Source: Vannielia litorea
GTDB lineage: Bacteria > Pseudomonadota > Alphaproteobacteria > Rhodobacterales > Rhodobacteraceae
NCBI RefSeq assembly: GCF_019801175.1
Contig: NZ_JAHVJR010000001.1
Span: 2,944,580-3,008,579 of the forward strand
Reading direction: 5' to 3'
Length of the DNA: 64,000 nucleotides
In this document: in pieces, positions 1 to 10,028 of the stretch
How the letters are laid out: each line of letters opens with the position of its first letter
Position numbering within the stretch: the stretch's first letter is position 1
The notes under the pieces: model-generated
Database searches by the model: none
Seen by the model: the letters and a program-made list of their open reading frames with translations, nothing else
Told to the model about the DNA's origin: nothing
Program-made: the position numbers and the translations under genes

Positions 1-186
1 CGAAGTCACGACCTCGCCCGCCGCAGAGGGCTCCAGCCCGGCATAGAGCAGCGTCATCCCGGGGGCCGTTGCTACCCGGCTCAGCGCAAGAACCGCCGCA
101 AACATGGCCAGCGTAGTGACCAGAACGGTGATTCTCCGCCGCGCATCGAGGCCATTCCATGTGTCGAGTAGGTTCTGCACGCGCAT
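1..186 (-). CDS. fliF: Flagellar M-ring protein FliF, N-terminal fragment (gene runs off the window start)
   Basis: Reverse-complement of 1..186 translates MRVQNLLDTWNGLDARRRITVLVTTLAMFAAVLALSRVATAPGMTLLYAGLEPSAAGEVV, a typical FliF N-terminus with a TM helix. Divergent from fliL. Confidence 0.55.
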   Translation of the reverse strand, partial: MRVQNLLDTWNGLDARRRITVLVTTLAMFAAVLALSRVATAPGMTLLYAGLEPSAAGEVVTS

Positions 187-267
187 TCTCCGCCGTCATC
201 CGGGCTTCTGCCCTGTGCTCCCTAAATCGCGCATTGGCCTTAACAATCGGTTAGCCACATTCGGTCT

Positions 268-810
268 ATGAACGGATCAACGGATTTGTTCAGGAGACCC
301 GACGCCATGGCCGAGGACGAGGACGCCGCCGCAACGGAGGGCGGTGACGACACCCCAAAGAAAAAGTCGAAGCTGCCGCTGATTCTCGGCGTCCTGCTCA
401 TGCTGGGCGGCGGCGGCGGGGCGTTCTTTGCCACCTTCTCCGGCATGCTGGGCGGGGGGGAGCCTGCGGAGGAAGGGCATGAAGAGGTCGCCGAGGCCGA
501 GCCACTCGAGCCGGTGGCCTTCGTGCCGCTCGATCCGATCATCATCGCGGTCCGCTCGCGAGGTCGCGCCGCCCACCTCCGGTTTCGCGCCGAGCTGGAG
601 GTGGAGCCGGATCGGCAGGAGGAGGTGACCTTGCTGATGCCGCGCATCCTCGACGTGCTCAACACCTACCTTCGCGCCGTGGAAATCGGTGAAATCGAGC
701 GCCCAAGCGCGCTCATGAGTCTGCGTGCGCAGATGTTGCGGCGCATTCAGATCGTCACCGGGGAGGGCCGGGTAAAGGACCTTCTCGTGACCGAATTCGT
801 GGTGAACTAG
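268..810 (+). CDS. fliL: Flagellar basal-body-associated protein FliL family (copy 1)
   Basis: One TM helix then FliL-like core (FVPLDPIIIAV... LLVTEFVVN C-terminus). Sits in a flagellar locus divergent from fliF. True start may be the internal Met at ~307. Confidence 0.6.
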   Translation: MNGSTDLFRRPDAMAEDEDAAATEGGDDTPKKKSKLPLILGVLLMLGGGGGAFFATFSGMLGGGEPAEEGHEEVAEAEPLEPVAFVPLDPIIIAVRSRGRAAHLRFRAELEVEPDRQEEVTLLMPRILDVLNTYLRAVEIGEIERPSALMSLRAQMLRRIQIVTGEGRVKDLLVTEFVVN

Positions 811-819
811 GAGGGTTCG

Positions 820-1188
820 ATGCTCAATCTCATTGCAGATATTCTCATGGTCGCCGGGGCTGTCGGCGCCGGGGTCTATTGCCTGATCCTGTCGCGCAGG
901 CTCTCCCGTTTCACTGATCTTGAGGGCGGCATGGGCGGCGCCGTCGCCGTGCTTTCGGTGCAGGTCGACGACCTGAAAAAGGCGCTGGAAGAAGCACGCA
1001 AGGCCTCCAACGGCAGCGTCTCCCGCCTGACCGACATGACAAAACGCGCCGAGGAGTCGGCCGCCCGGCTGGAGATTCTCCTCGCCTCCATGCACGACCT
1101 GCCGGAGAGCGAGCCGAAGCCCGGTGCCAAGCCCACGGTGACCCGCCGTCGCCGGGCCGCGCGCCCCGAGGAACAGGAGGCCGCCTGA
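820..1188 (+). CDS. Small membrane / coiled-coil protein of the flagellar locus (unknown function)
   Basis: N-terminal hydrophobic helix followed by a charged coiled-coil region. Stop overlaps the next gene's start (ATGA at 1188). Confidence 0.35.
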   Translation: MLNLIADILMVAGAVGAGVYCLILSRRLSRFTDLEGGMGGAVAVLSVQVDDLKKALEEARKASNGSVSRLTDMTKRAEESAARLEILLASMHDLPESEPKPGAKPTVTRRRRAARPEEQEAA

Positions 1189-1802
1189 TGGCACGGCGCA
1201 AGAAATCGCGCTCAGGGCTACGCCGCAGGCTGGGCCGCGGGCTGCTGACCGTTCTGGCAGGCCTCCTTCTGAGTTCCGCCGCGCTGCGGCTGACCGGCGG
1301 CAGCGGCACCGCTTTCGCCCGCGAGGTCGCCAGCCGCATGGGCAGCGATGCGGGCGGTGAGGCCATACCCGTCGTCGCCGGATGCGAGCCCGAGCCTGAA
1401 ATCGCCGCGCTTCTCGCCGCGCTCACCGACCGTGAGGCGGCCGTCTCTGCACGTGAACTGGCGGTGTCTGACGAGATCGTCGCGCTGGAACGCGCCCGGG
1501 CAGAGGTCGCCCGCGAGATGGCCGCGCTGAAGGCCGCGGAAGCCCAGCTCGAAGAGACCCTCGCGCTCGCGGATGGCGCGGCCGAGAACGATCTCGCCAA
1601 GCTGACGCGCATGTATGAGGTGATGAAGCCCAAAGAGGCCGCCGCGCTCTTTGCCGAGATGGACCCGGTCTTTGCCGCCGGGTTTCTCGGCCGCATGCAG
1701 CCGGAACGGGCCGCTGCGGTGCTCGCGGGGATGGAGCCCAAGGCGGCCTATACCCTCTCCCTCATCCTCGCCGGCCGGAACGGCGCGGTTCCAACCGAGT
1801 AA
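1188..1802 (+). CDS. MotE/MgtE-N-like flagellar accessory protein (putative)
   Basis: Basic N-terminus, TM segment, coiled coil, then an MgtE_N-like C-terminus (KPKEAAALFAEMDPVFAAGFLGRMQPERAAAVLAGMEPKAAY). Lies immediately upstream of motA. Confidence 0.4.
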   Translation: MARRKKSRSGLRRRLGRGLLTVLAGLLLSSAALRLTGGSGTAFAREVASRMGSDAGGEAIPVVAGCEPEPEIAALLAALTDREAAVSARELAVSDEIVALERARAEVAREMAALKAAEAQLEETLALADGAAENDLAKLTRMYEVMKPKEAAALFAEMDPVFAAGFLGRMQPERAAAVLAGMEPKAAYTLSLILAGRNGAVPTE

Positions 1803-1889
1803 AGGCCCGGGCCTCAGAGAATCTTAACCGCCGGATGCGACAACGGACGCGGGCCAAAGCCCGCGAGGCAGAGCAAGAGCGAGCAGAAC

Positions 1890-2759
1890 ATGATCGGTAT
1901 TGTCGGTATCATCATCATCTTCGTGATGGTCTTCGGCGGCTATCTCGCCGCTGGCGGCAAGATGGGAATCATCCTCAAGTCCCTGCCCTTCGAGATGACG
2001 ATGATCGGCGGCGCCGCCGTGGGTGCCTTCGTGCTCGCCAACGACATGGCCGCGATCAAGCACACCCTGAAAGACATCAAGAAGGTGTTCAAAGGCCCGC
2101 ATTGGGGCCACCACGACTATAAAGAACTGCTCTGCCTGCTCTTCGAGCTGGTCCGTCTCGCCCGGCAAAACCCGGTCGGCCTCGAGGAGCATATCGAGAA
2201 CCCGGCCGAAAGCTCGATCATCTCACGCTACCCCAAGATCCTTGCCGACAGTGAAGCGATCGAGTTGATCTGCGACACGCTCCGCTCCGCCTCGATGAAC
2301 TACGATGACCCGAACCAGGTCGAGGAGGTGCTCGAAAAGCGCATGTCCGCCAACATGCACCACAACATGCACTCCTCCCACGCGATGCAGTCGATGGCCG
2401 ACGGCCTGCCGGCACTGGGGATCGTGGCCGCCGTGCTCGGCGTGATCAAAACCATGGGCTCCATCGACCAGCCGCCGGAGATTCTCGGCAAGCTGATCGG
2501 CGGCGCGCTCGTGGGCACCTTTCTGGGCGTGTTTCTCGCCTACGGCATCGTCGGGCCCTTTGCCTCCAAGATGAAGGCCGTGATCGAGGAAGATGCGCAT
2601 TTCTACCAGCTCATCCGCGAGGTGCTGGTGGCCAACCTGCACCAGCACGCCACCAACATCTGCATCGAGGTCGGGCGGCAAAATACTCCCGGTCACAGCC
2701 GCCCCAGCTTCTCGGAGTTGGAAGAAGCGCTGAAGAACCTCAAGTCGGAGGCCGCATGA
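1890..2759 (+). CDS. motA: Flagellar motor stator protein MotA
   Basis: 289 aa, four TM segments, conserved MotA/TolQ/ExbB signature (GIVAAVLGVIKTMGSIDQPPEILGKLIGGALVGTFLGVFLAYGIVGPFA). Confidence 0.85.
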   Translation: MIGIVGIIIIFVMVFGGYLAAGGKMGIILKSLPFEMTMIGGAAVGAFVLANDMAAIKHTLKDIKKVFKGPHWGHHDYKELLCLLFELVRLARQNPVGLEEHIENPAESSIISRYPKILADSEAIELICDTLRSASMNYDDPNQVEEVLEKRMSANMHHNMHSSHAMQSMADGLPALGIVAAVLGVIKTMGSIDQPPEILGKLIGGALVGTFLGVFLAYGIVGPFASKMKAVIEEDAHFYQLIREVLVANLHQHATNICIEVGRQNTPGHSRPSFSELEEALKNLKSEAA

Positions 2760-5164
2760 CCCTTCGGTTGTGGCTCCATGCGGTCGCGCTGGTCGCGGCC
2801 TTCGTCGCCGCGCCGCTGCGGGCCGAGACCGTGCGCCTTCTCTCCGGGGAGCATAACGGTTTCACACGCATCGCCCTCGTGCTCGCGCGCGAGAGCGCAT
2901 GGCGCGTGGGCCGGATCGAGGGCGGCTTCGGACTCGAGCTGGCCCGCCGCGACATTGCTGTCGATCTGACCGAGGCTTTCGACCTGATCCCCCGCACGCG
3001 CATCGGCACGCTGAAGTTCGATGCAGCCGAAGGCTTGCTCAGCATCGGTGTCCGCTGCAACTGCCACGCCGACGCCTTCCAGATCCGCTCCAACATCCTT
3101 GTCGTCGACATCCGCGATGGTCCCGCTCCCGAGGGCAACGCCTTCAATGCGCCACTCAACCCGCCCGACCCTGCACCCGAAAAAGCACCTGAGCCCGTTC
3201 ACCCGCCCACGGCAGAAGTAGCCGACGGTGTCCTGCCACCGCTGCACGCGGGCGCGCTGCGCAAACGCTATGATCGCCCCGTTGTTTTGCCTAACAGGCA
3301 GTCAGCCCCCCCCGAAAGCCCGCCCGAAAGCGTTCCCGCGCGAGAGGAGCCGCCGGTGACCGATGCCTTCGCCGAGGCCCGCGAGCGGCGCCGGATCGCC
3401 GAGATCGAGGCAGAACTGCTCAAGCAACTGGCCCGCGCGGGCTCACAGGGCATGGTCAAACCCAACCCGGCCTACGCCGGGCTCGAGGGGCAGGTCGCAC
3501 AACCTGATGCCGTCATGCCCCCCAGCAATCACCCCGGCGCGAACGTCGACGCAATCACAGGCGTCGACCGCGCCGCGCCAGATGCCCCGCTCCCGCCGGA
3601 AGACACGCGCGCCGCCTGCATCGCGCCGGAGCACTTCGCATTCCTCATTTCCGAACCCTCGGAAGAGCCGCATCAGATGATCGCCACCGCCCGCATGGCA
3701 CTGCTCAAGGAGTTCGACACACCCGATACCTATGCTGCCGAAGCGCTTTCCCGCGTCTACCTCTATCTCGGCTTCGGTGCCGAGGCCCGGCAGGTGATCG
3801 ATGACTTTCTGCCAAAGGCCGAGGTCGCCCCGCTCTACCGCGCTCTCGCCGCCGGGCTTGATGACACGCCAGACCTCGCCGGTCAGGCCTTGAGCGGCCA
3901 GGTCGGCTGCCCCGGTCCTGCATCATTCTGGGCGATGATGGTTGGCCCTGTGCCTGCAGCGCTGAACGAGCGCACCCAGCGCGATGTGGCCGCCACCGCC
4001 TCCGACCTGCCGCTGCACTTGCGCCGCCTCCTCGTCCCGCGCCTCGCGCAGCACCTGCTCGCCCGCGGTCACGATCAACTGGCCGCTGCCCTGCGCGATT
4101 CTCTCGCCCGCGTCGACGGCGCACACGGCGCCAGCTACCAGATGCTTCAGGCCGCGCTGGCCGAAGAAGGCGATATCGCGTCCGGCGGTGATGGCGCCCC
4201 CTCGCCTGCAAGCAGCACCGCCGCTGAAGCCATTCTCGAAAAGGTGGCAGAGAGCAACAAGGTCGAGGCCGCGCAGGCGCTCGTCGAGTTGATCCGCCTC
4301 GCCAACGCGCAAGGTCGCCCGCTGCCGCCCGACAAGATAGACCTCGCCGAAGCCCTGATCTTCGAGCATCGAGATACCGACGTCGCCCGGGTTCTGCTAA
4401 TCGGCCTCGCACCGGCCTACGCCCGCGATGGGGCTTTCAGCAAAGCCTTCGACCGGCTCGACGCTGCTGCCGCTCTCCCCACTGAGGCGGTGCCGGACCC
4501 GCTCGATCGAGCCCGCTCCACCACCGCGCTCCTGCTCGCGCAGAACGCGGCAGACGAAATATTCCTTCGTACCTTATTCCACCCCGCCCATGCCGGGCTC
4601 GGCGCCACCGTCTCTCCTGAGGCAAGCTTCGCCATCGCCGAACGGCTGCTCGCCCTCGGCTTCCCCGAGCAGGCCCTCGCCCAGTCCGAGAGCCTGCCTC
4701 GCGAAGATGCCTACCGCCTCATGCGGGTTCGCGCCCTCGCCGCGCTTGGCCGCTATGAACGGGCGCTGGCCTCCCTTGCCGGCCTGCGAGGCGCTGAGAG
4801 TGACGCGTTGCGCGGGGAACTTCTCGCTCGGCTGGGTGAGCACGAGCGCGCCCATACCATGAGCCGCGTCGCGGGTGATGAAGAGGCGGCCCGCCGCGCC
4901 GCCTGGGCCAGCGGCAGTGCCGAGGCGATCCGCGAATCGGGGAGCGAGACAGAGGCCGGCTTCACCGAGGCCACCCGCCCTGAGACCGCCCCCACCGCCC
5001 CCGGACGCCCCAGCCTCTCCGGCGCCGAAGAGCTGCTCGAACAGATCCGACAGCGCCGCAGCGCGATCGAGACCCTGCTCGAAGAAAAATCCACCGCTAC
5101 CGGGGCTGCGACTCGTTCCACTACCCCCGCGGGAGAAGGGGCCGAAAATCCGCCAGGGGCCTGA
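2756..5164 (+). CDS. Large secreted Pro/Ala-rich protein with C-terminal TPR-like region, flagellar-locus-associated, function unknown
   Basis: 802 aa with a signal peptide (MTLRLWLHAVALVAAFVAAPLRA). Conserved N-domain, Pro-rich linkers, Ala/Leu-rich TPR-like C-terminus. Start overlaps the motA stop (translational coupling). Confidence 0.5.
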   Translation: MTLRLWLHAVALVAAFVAAPLRAETVRLLSGEHNGFTRIALVLARESAWRVGRIEGGFGLELARRDIAVDLTEAFDLIPRTRIGTLKFDAAEGLLSIGVRCNCHADAFQIRSNILVVDIRDGPAPEGNAFNAPLNPPDPAPEKAPEPVHPPTAEVADGVLPPLHAGALRKRYDRPVVLPNRQSAPPESPPESVPAREEPPVTDAFAEARERRRIAEIEAELLKQLARAGSQGMVKPNPAYAGLEGQVAQPDAVMPPSNHPGANVDAITGVDRAAPDAPLPPEDTRAACIAPEHFAFLISEPSEEPHQMIATARMALLKEFDTPDTYAAEALSRVYLYLGFGAEARQVIDDFLPKAEVAPLYRALAAGLDDTPDLAGQALSGQVGCPGPASFWAMMVGPVPAALNERTQRDVAATASDLPLHLRRLLVPRLAQHLLARGHDQLAAALRDSLARVDGAHGASYQMLQAALAEEGDIASGGDGAPSPASSTAAEAILEKVAESNKVEAAQALVELIRLANAQGRPLPPDKIDLAEALIFEHRDTDVARVLLIGLAPAYARDGAFSKAFDRLDAAAALPTEAVPDPLDRARSTTALLLAQNAADEIFLRTLFHPAHAGLGATVSPEASFAIAERLLALGFPEQALAQSESLPREDAYRLMRVRALAALGRYERALASLAGLRGAESDALRGELLARLGEHERAHTMSRVAGDEEAARRAAWASGSAEAIRESGSETEAGFTEATRPETAPTAPGRPSLSGAEELLEQIRQRRSAIETLLEEKSTATGAATRSTTPAGEGAENPPGA

Positions 5165-5225
5165 CGGCGGAAACCTTATGGTAACCAGCTTGCCCTAGGC
5201 TGACCGCATGTTGGATTAGCCAGAA

Positions 5226-6035
5226 TTGCGATCTCAGATGCCCGACTGCTCCTCGCCAGAAGGCGGCCCCAGCGTTGCTCCGCGCGGGCTGTCCACCGCC
5301 CCCCGCACGCCGCCCCTCGGTACGCCCCGCGCGCGCCGGATCTTCATCATCCTCGCCGCTCTCGCGCTGGCCGTGCTGTCGCTGCCCGCGCTAGCCCAAC
5401 CCACCCGGCCAGAGCTTTGCGAGGCCGCCGCCAGCGAGGCCTCCGCCAAGACCGGCGTGCCGCTCTCTGTCCTTCGGGCGATCATGCTCACCGTCAGCGG
5501 CCGCAAGAGCGAGGAGGGTCTCGTGCCTTGGCCCTGGACCATCGGCGCAGGCGGGCAGCGCGTCTGGTTTGAAACCGCCGACGACGCCCGCGCCTACGCC
5601 TACCAGCAGGTCAAGGCCAGCGAACCCGCGCTTGGGCTCGGCTGTTTTCAGATCGACTATGCAAAGTACGGCCCGGAGTTCGCCTCACTCGAAGATATGC
5701 TGACTCCCCGCATCAACGCCGAGTTTGCAGCGTCTCTCTTGCTCGGTCTGCACGCCAAACACGGCGGCTGGGTCTATGCCGCTGCCGCACTCCAAGGTCT
5801 CGCTCCTGAAGAGTCCGAGACCTGGCTGGCCAGCTTCAACCGCAACCGCAGTTCGCTCCATGCGGAGGCCTACGATACGGCGCTCACCACTGTCGGCCCG
5901 CAAGGAAACCAGCCCCGGCTCAACACCTACCCGCTCGTGCAAGACACCGGCGCGGCGCAGGTCATGGGATCGCTGGTGCCCACCGCCCCGGCAACCCCGG
6001 GGGCCAGCCTCTTCGCCCCGGCAGAAGGGTTCTGA
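5226..6035 (+). CDS. Lytic transglycosylase (SLT-domain)-like protein, probably the flagellar rod-insertion muramidase
   Basis: Signal/TM segment (RRIFIILAALALAVLSLPALA) plus an SLT-like core (GLGCFQIDYAKYG...AEFAASLLLGLHAKHGGWVYAAAALQ). Immediately precedes flhA. Start codon uncertain. Confidence 0.45.
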   Translation: MRSQMPDCSSPEGGPSVAPRGLSTAPRTPPLGTPRARRIFIILAALALAVLSLPALAQPTRPELCEAAASEASAKTGVPLSVLRAIMLTVSGRKSEEGLVPWPWTIGAGGQRVWFETADDARAYAYQQVKASEPALGLGCFQIDYAKYGPEFASLEDMLTPRINAEFAASLLLGLHAKHGGWVYAAAALQGLAPEESETWLASFNRNRSSLHAEAYDTALTTVGPQGNQPRLNTYPLVQDTGAAQVMGSLVPTAPATPGASLFAPAEGF

Positions 6036-6038
6036 GCC

Positions 6039-8123
6039 ATGGCGCTCGGCAAGGCCGATCTCTTCAAGCCCACAATTCTGCTGGCGCTCGCATTGATGGG
6101 CGTCATCACCATGATGATCCTGCCCATGCCCTCATGGGTGCTCGACATCGGCCTTGCCGGCAGCTTCGCGCTCGCCATCCTGATCTTCACCGTCACCCTC
6201 TTCATCGAGCGCCCGCTGGACTTTTCGTCCTTCCCGACGATCCTGCTGGCCTCGCTCATGCTGCGCTTGTCGCTCAACGTCAGCTCGACCAAGCTGATCA
6301 TCGGCGAGGGTCACACCGGCACCCGGGCAGCGGGCAGCGTGATCGAGGGTTTCGCCATGTTCGTCATGGGCGGCTCGGTGTTTCTGGGCCTCGTGGTCTT
6401 TGGCGTGCTGATGATCGTGAACTTCATGGTCATCACCAAGGGCGCCGCCCGCATGGCCGAGGTCGGCGCGCGGTTCGCGCTCGACGGCATGCCCGGCAAG
6501 CAGCTCGCCATCGATTCCGACATGTCCGCAGGCGCGATCGACCATGCCGAGGCCAAGGCGCGGCGCGAGCTGGAGCAGGCCGAAACTACCTTTTTCGGCT
6601 CGCTCGACGGTGCCTCGAAATTCGTGAAGGGCGATGCCGTGGCCGGGTTGCTGATCACCCTGCTGAACCTCGTGATGGGGCTCATCATGGGGGCCGCAGT
6701 TCATGGCCTCCCGCTGGCCGAAGCATTCCAGACCTATGCGATCCTCACCGTGGGTGACGGGCTCGTCACCCAGATCCCGGCGGTCATCATCTCCATCGCC
6801 TCCGCCCTGCTGCTGGCCCGGGGCGGCGAGAAGGGGGCGACCGACCTTGCCCTCGTGGGCCAGCTTGGCAAGCACCCGGCGGCGATTGCCACGGTCGCCG
6901 TGCTCATGGCGCTCTTCGGCCTCGTCCCCGGCCTTCCGATGCTGCCCTTCTTCGCGGGCGCGGTGACCCTCGGGATCTTCGCGTGGCGACGGCAAAGTGT
7001 GCTGCGGGCCGAGGCCATCGCCGCCGCGCAGCCCGCGCCGGAAGCCGCCAAACCGGCCCGAAAATCCATCGGCGACATGCTCGACCTCGACGATATCCAC
7101 GTCGAGTTCGCGCCCGATCTGGTGGCCATGGTGCTCGACCCGGCCACCGGCCTCGACGCCCGGATCGAGAACATGCGCGCCCATGTGGCCGGGGCTTACG
7201 GGCTAATCCTTCCCGAGATCCGGCTGACGGATAACGCCGCGCTCAAGCCGCAGACCTACGCCATTCGCATCCACGGCGTGACCCAGGCCACCAATACGCT
7301 CCACCCCGACCGGGTGCTCGCGCTGGCCGGTGACACGCCCGAACTGCTGCCCCCCGGCGAAGATTGCAACGAGCCGGTCTATGGCGCCCCGGCCCGCTGG
7401 ATCTCCGAAAATGCGCGGGAAGAGGCGGCGCTTCAGGGCTCCACCGTGGTCACCTCCGCCGAGGTGCTCGCCACCCACCTGCTGGAGGTCCTCAAGCGCA
7501 ACTTCGCCCGGCTGCTCACCCTAAAGGCACTGCGGCGGTTGCTGGAGGAGCTATCCAACCTCTCAGATCCGGTCCGCGCCGAGGCCAACCGCCGCCTGAT
7601 CGACGAGTTGGTGCCCGACAAGGTGCCAACCGAACTACTACTCGCCGTCATGCGGCTGCTGCTCGATGAGCAAGTCTCTGTCCGCAACCTGCCCCTTATT
7701 CTCGAGGCGATCTCGGAGGCGCGCGGCACTTATTCCGCCCCGGAGGCGATTTGCGAGCACGTCCGCCAGCGCCTCGGCTTCCAGCTGGTCTCCGAGCTGC
7801 GTCGGGAGGATGGCACCCTGCCGTTGCTGCAACTCGCCCCCGAATGGGAGGAAAAATTCCTTGCCCACCAAGTCGATGGCGGCAACGGCACCGAGGATAT
7901 CGCCCTGCCGCCAGAGGCGTTCTCCAAGCTCGCAACCGGCGTCTCCGAAAAGCTATCCCACGCGGCCGAAAGCGGGGTCTCGCCCGCGCTGGTCACCACC
8001 TCCCGCCGTCGCCGCTTCCTGAAAACCGTGCTGACGGCCAAGGGCATCGGCACGCCGGTGCTCTCCTTCGAGGAAATCGGGATGGATGCGCGCCCGGCCC
8101 TGATGGGCGTCATCGCCGCATGA
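6039..8123 (+). CDS. flhA: Flagellar biosynthesis (type III export gate) protein FlhA
   Basis: 694 aa, multi-TM N-domain plus cytoplasmic domain. Unambiguous FlhA motifs (FVKGDAVAGLLITLLNLVMG...). Confidence 0.9.
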   Translation: MALGKADLFKPTILLALALMGVITMMILPMPSWVLDIGLAGSFALAILIFTVTLFIERPLDFSSFPTILLASLMLRLSLNVSSTKLIIGEGHTGTRAAGSVIEGFAMFVMGGSVFLGLVVFGVLMIVNFMVITKGAARMAEVGARFALDGMPGKQLAIDSDMSAGAIDHAEAKARRELEQAETTFFGSLDGASKFVKGDAVAGLLITLLNLVMGLIMGAAVHGLPLAEAFQTYAILTVGDGLVTQIPAVIISIASALLLARGGEKGATDLALVGQLGKHPAAIATVAVLMALFGLVPGLPMLPFFAGAVTLGIFAWRRQSVLRAEAIAAAQPAPEAAKPARKSIGDMLDLDDIHVEFAPDLVAMVLDPATGLDARIENMRAHVAGAYGLILPEIRLTDNAALKPQTYAIRIHGVTQATNTLHPDRVLALAGDTPELLPPGEDCNEPVYGAPARWISENAREEAALQGSTVVTSAEVLATHLLEVLKRNFARLLTLKALRRLLEELSNLSDPVRAEANRRLIDELVPDKVPTELLLAVMRLLLDEQVSVRNLPLILEAISEARGTYSAPEAICEHVRQRLGFQLVSELRREDGTLPLLQLAPEWEEKFLAHQVDGGNGTEDIALPPEAFSKLATGVSEKLSHAAESGVSPALVTTSRRRRFLKTVLTAKGIGTPVLSFEEIGMDARPALMGVIAA

Positions 8124-8147
8124 GCCGTCCCGCATGAGCCGCCGCAC

Positions 8148-8921
8148 ATGATCGAGGCCCTTGCCCAGCTTCTCGGCTTCTCCCAAGCCGCCATTGTGAC
8201 CGGCTTCACCGTCTTCCTCCGGGTCGGCGCGGCGATGATGATGATCCCGGCCTTCGGCGAGGCCGGGGTGCCCGCCCGCATCCGCCTCGCCGCAGCGCTG
8301 GCCTTCACTGCCATCGTCGCGCCCATGGTCGAGGTACCGCAATCCGCGTCGCTCACCGACATCGCCCTCTCGCTTACCCTCGTCAGCGAAACCGCCATCG
8401 GACTGATCTTCGGCTTCGGGCTGCGGCTCTTTGTCTATGCGCTCCAGGTTGCGGGCTCTATGGCGGCGCAATCCACCTCTCTCGCCCAGATTTTCGGCGC
8501 CTCCAAGGATGTGGATCCGCAGCCGGCCATCGGCCACCTGCTGGTGGTCTCGGGCCTCGCGCTCGCCGCCATGTCGGGCCTGCATGTGCAGATAGCGATG
8601 GGCTTCGTCCAGAGCTTTGAAGTGCTGCCAGTGGGCGCGGTCATCGGTGCGGGCGAGGCGATGGACTGGGGCGTGGAGCGCATCGGCGCGTCCTTCGGCA
8701 TGGCCTTCTCGCTCGCCTCCCCCTTCATCATCGCCGCGCTGATCTACAACATCGCCCTCGGGGTGATTAACCGCGCCATGCCCCAGCTCATGGTGGCCTT
8801 CGTCGGCGCGCCCGCCATCACCGCAGGCGGGCTCATCCTGCTGTTCTTCTCCGCGCCCTACCTGCTCTCCCTCTGGCTGGACACGCTGCAGCGCTACCTC
8901 GCCGTCCCGCTCGGAGGGTAA
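8148..8921 (+). CDS. fliR: Flagellar export apparatus protein FliR
   Basis: 257 aa polytopic membrane protein with FliR-type sequence. Follows flhA. Confidence 0.85.
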   Translation: MIEALAQLLGFSQAAIVTGFTVFLRVGAAMMMIPAFGEAGVPARIRLAAALAFTAIVAPMVEVPQSASLTDIALSLTLVSETAIGLIFGFGLRLFVYALQVAGSMAAQSTSLAQIFGASKDVDPQPAIGHLLVVSGLALAAMSGLHVQIAMGFVQSFEVLPVGAVIGAGEAMDWGVERIGASFGMAFSLASPFIIAALIYNIALGVINRAMPQLMVAFVGAPAITAGGLILLFFSAPYLLSLWLDTLQRYLAVPLGG

Positions 8922-8924
8922 CGC

Positions 8925-10028
8925 ATGGCCGGGCAGAGCGACGAAGGCGAAAAGCAACACGAGCCGACCCAGAAGCGGCTGGAGGACGCCCGCAAGAAGG
9001 GCGAAGTTCCGCGCTCGACCGATATCACCACCGCCACTGCCTATGGCGGGCTCCTGCTGGCCATGCTCACCGCCGGGGCCTCCAGCGTGGGCGCGCTCGG
9101 CACCACCGGCAGCCAGCTCCTCGCCCAGGCCGACCGTCTCGCCCCGCTGATGACCGGGCCGGGCTATGCCACCCTCTCCGGCGGGCTGCTGGCACAGGTC
9201 GCCACAGCCATCGCCCCGTGGTTCGCCATCCCCGCGCTCGTCTGTTTGCTCTCGCTCATTGCCCAGCGCGCGGTGACCTTCGCGCCCGAGAAGATCCAGT
9301 TCAAGCTCAGCCGCATCTCGCCGCTCTCCAACGCCAAGAACAAGTTCGGCCGCGGCGGGCTCTTCGAGTTCTTCAAGAGCTTCCTCAAGCTCACCATCAT
9401 CTCGGTCGTGCTCTTCGCCTACCTCGACCGCCGCCTGCCCGACATGCTCTCGGCCACCGCGCTGGAGCCGGGGCAGGTCGGGGCGCTGCTGGGGCGGCTC
9501 TGCCTCGATTTCCTGCTCATCGTCACGGCCATCATGGCCGCCATCGCCACGGTGGATTTCATGTGGCAGCGGGCCGAGCACATGCGCAAAAACCGGATGA
9601 GCCACCAAGAGCTGAAGGACGAACACAAGGAGAGCGAGGGCGATCCTTACATCCGCCAGCAGCGCCGCCAGAAGGCCATCGAAATCGCCTCGGCGCAGAT
9701 GATGGGCGAGGTGCCCAAGGCCGATGTCATCGTGGTGAACCCGCAACACTATGCAGTCGCCCTGAAGTGGAGCCGCGAGTCTGTGGGGGCGCCGGTCTGC
9801 GTGGCCAAGGGGGTGGATGAGGTCGCCGCGCGGATACGCGAAAAGGCGCAGGAGGCAGGCGTACCGATCCACCGCGATCCGCCCACCGCGCGGGCGCTCT
9901 TCGGCACCGTCCAGATCGGGGAGGAGATCCGCCCCGAGCATTATGCCCCGGTCGCAGCCGCCATCCGCTTCTCCGAGGCGATGCGCCGCAAGGCGCGGGC
10001 CAGCTATGCCCGCAGGCGCAGCCCATGA
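8925..10028 (+). CDS. flhB: Flagellar export apparatus protein FlhB
   Basis: N-terminal MAGQSDEGEKQHEPTQKRLEDARKKGEVPRS, four TM helices, and the NPQHYAVAL (NPTH-type) autocleavage site. Confidence 0.9.
   Translation: MAGQSDEGEKQHEPTQKRLEDARKKGEVPRSTDITTATAYGGLLLAMLTAGASSVGALGTTGSQLLAQADRLAPLMTGPGYATLSGGLLAQVATAIAPWFAIPALVCLLSLIAQRAVTFAPEKIQFKLSRISPLSNAKNKFGRGGLFEFFKSFLKLTIISVVLFAYLDRRLPDMLSATALEPGQVGALLGRLCLDFLLIVTAIMAAIATVDFMWQRAEHMRKNRMSHQELKDEHKESEGDPYIRQQRRQKAIEIASAQMMGEVPKADVIVVNPQHYAVALKWSRESVGAPVCVAKGVDEVAARIREKAQEAGVPIHRDPPTARALFGTVQIGEEIRPEHYAPVAAAIRFSEAMRRKARASYARRRSP

Noticed and set aside
7953-9941. 662-aa minus-strand ORF
   Set aside because: Antisense to flhA/fliR/flhB, which have unambiguous family signatures.
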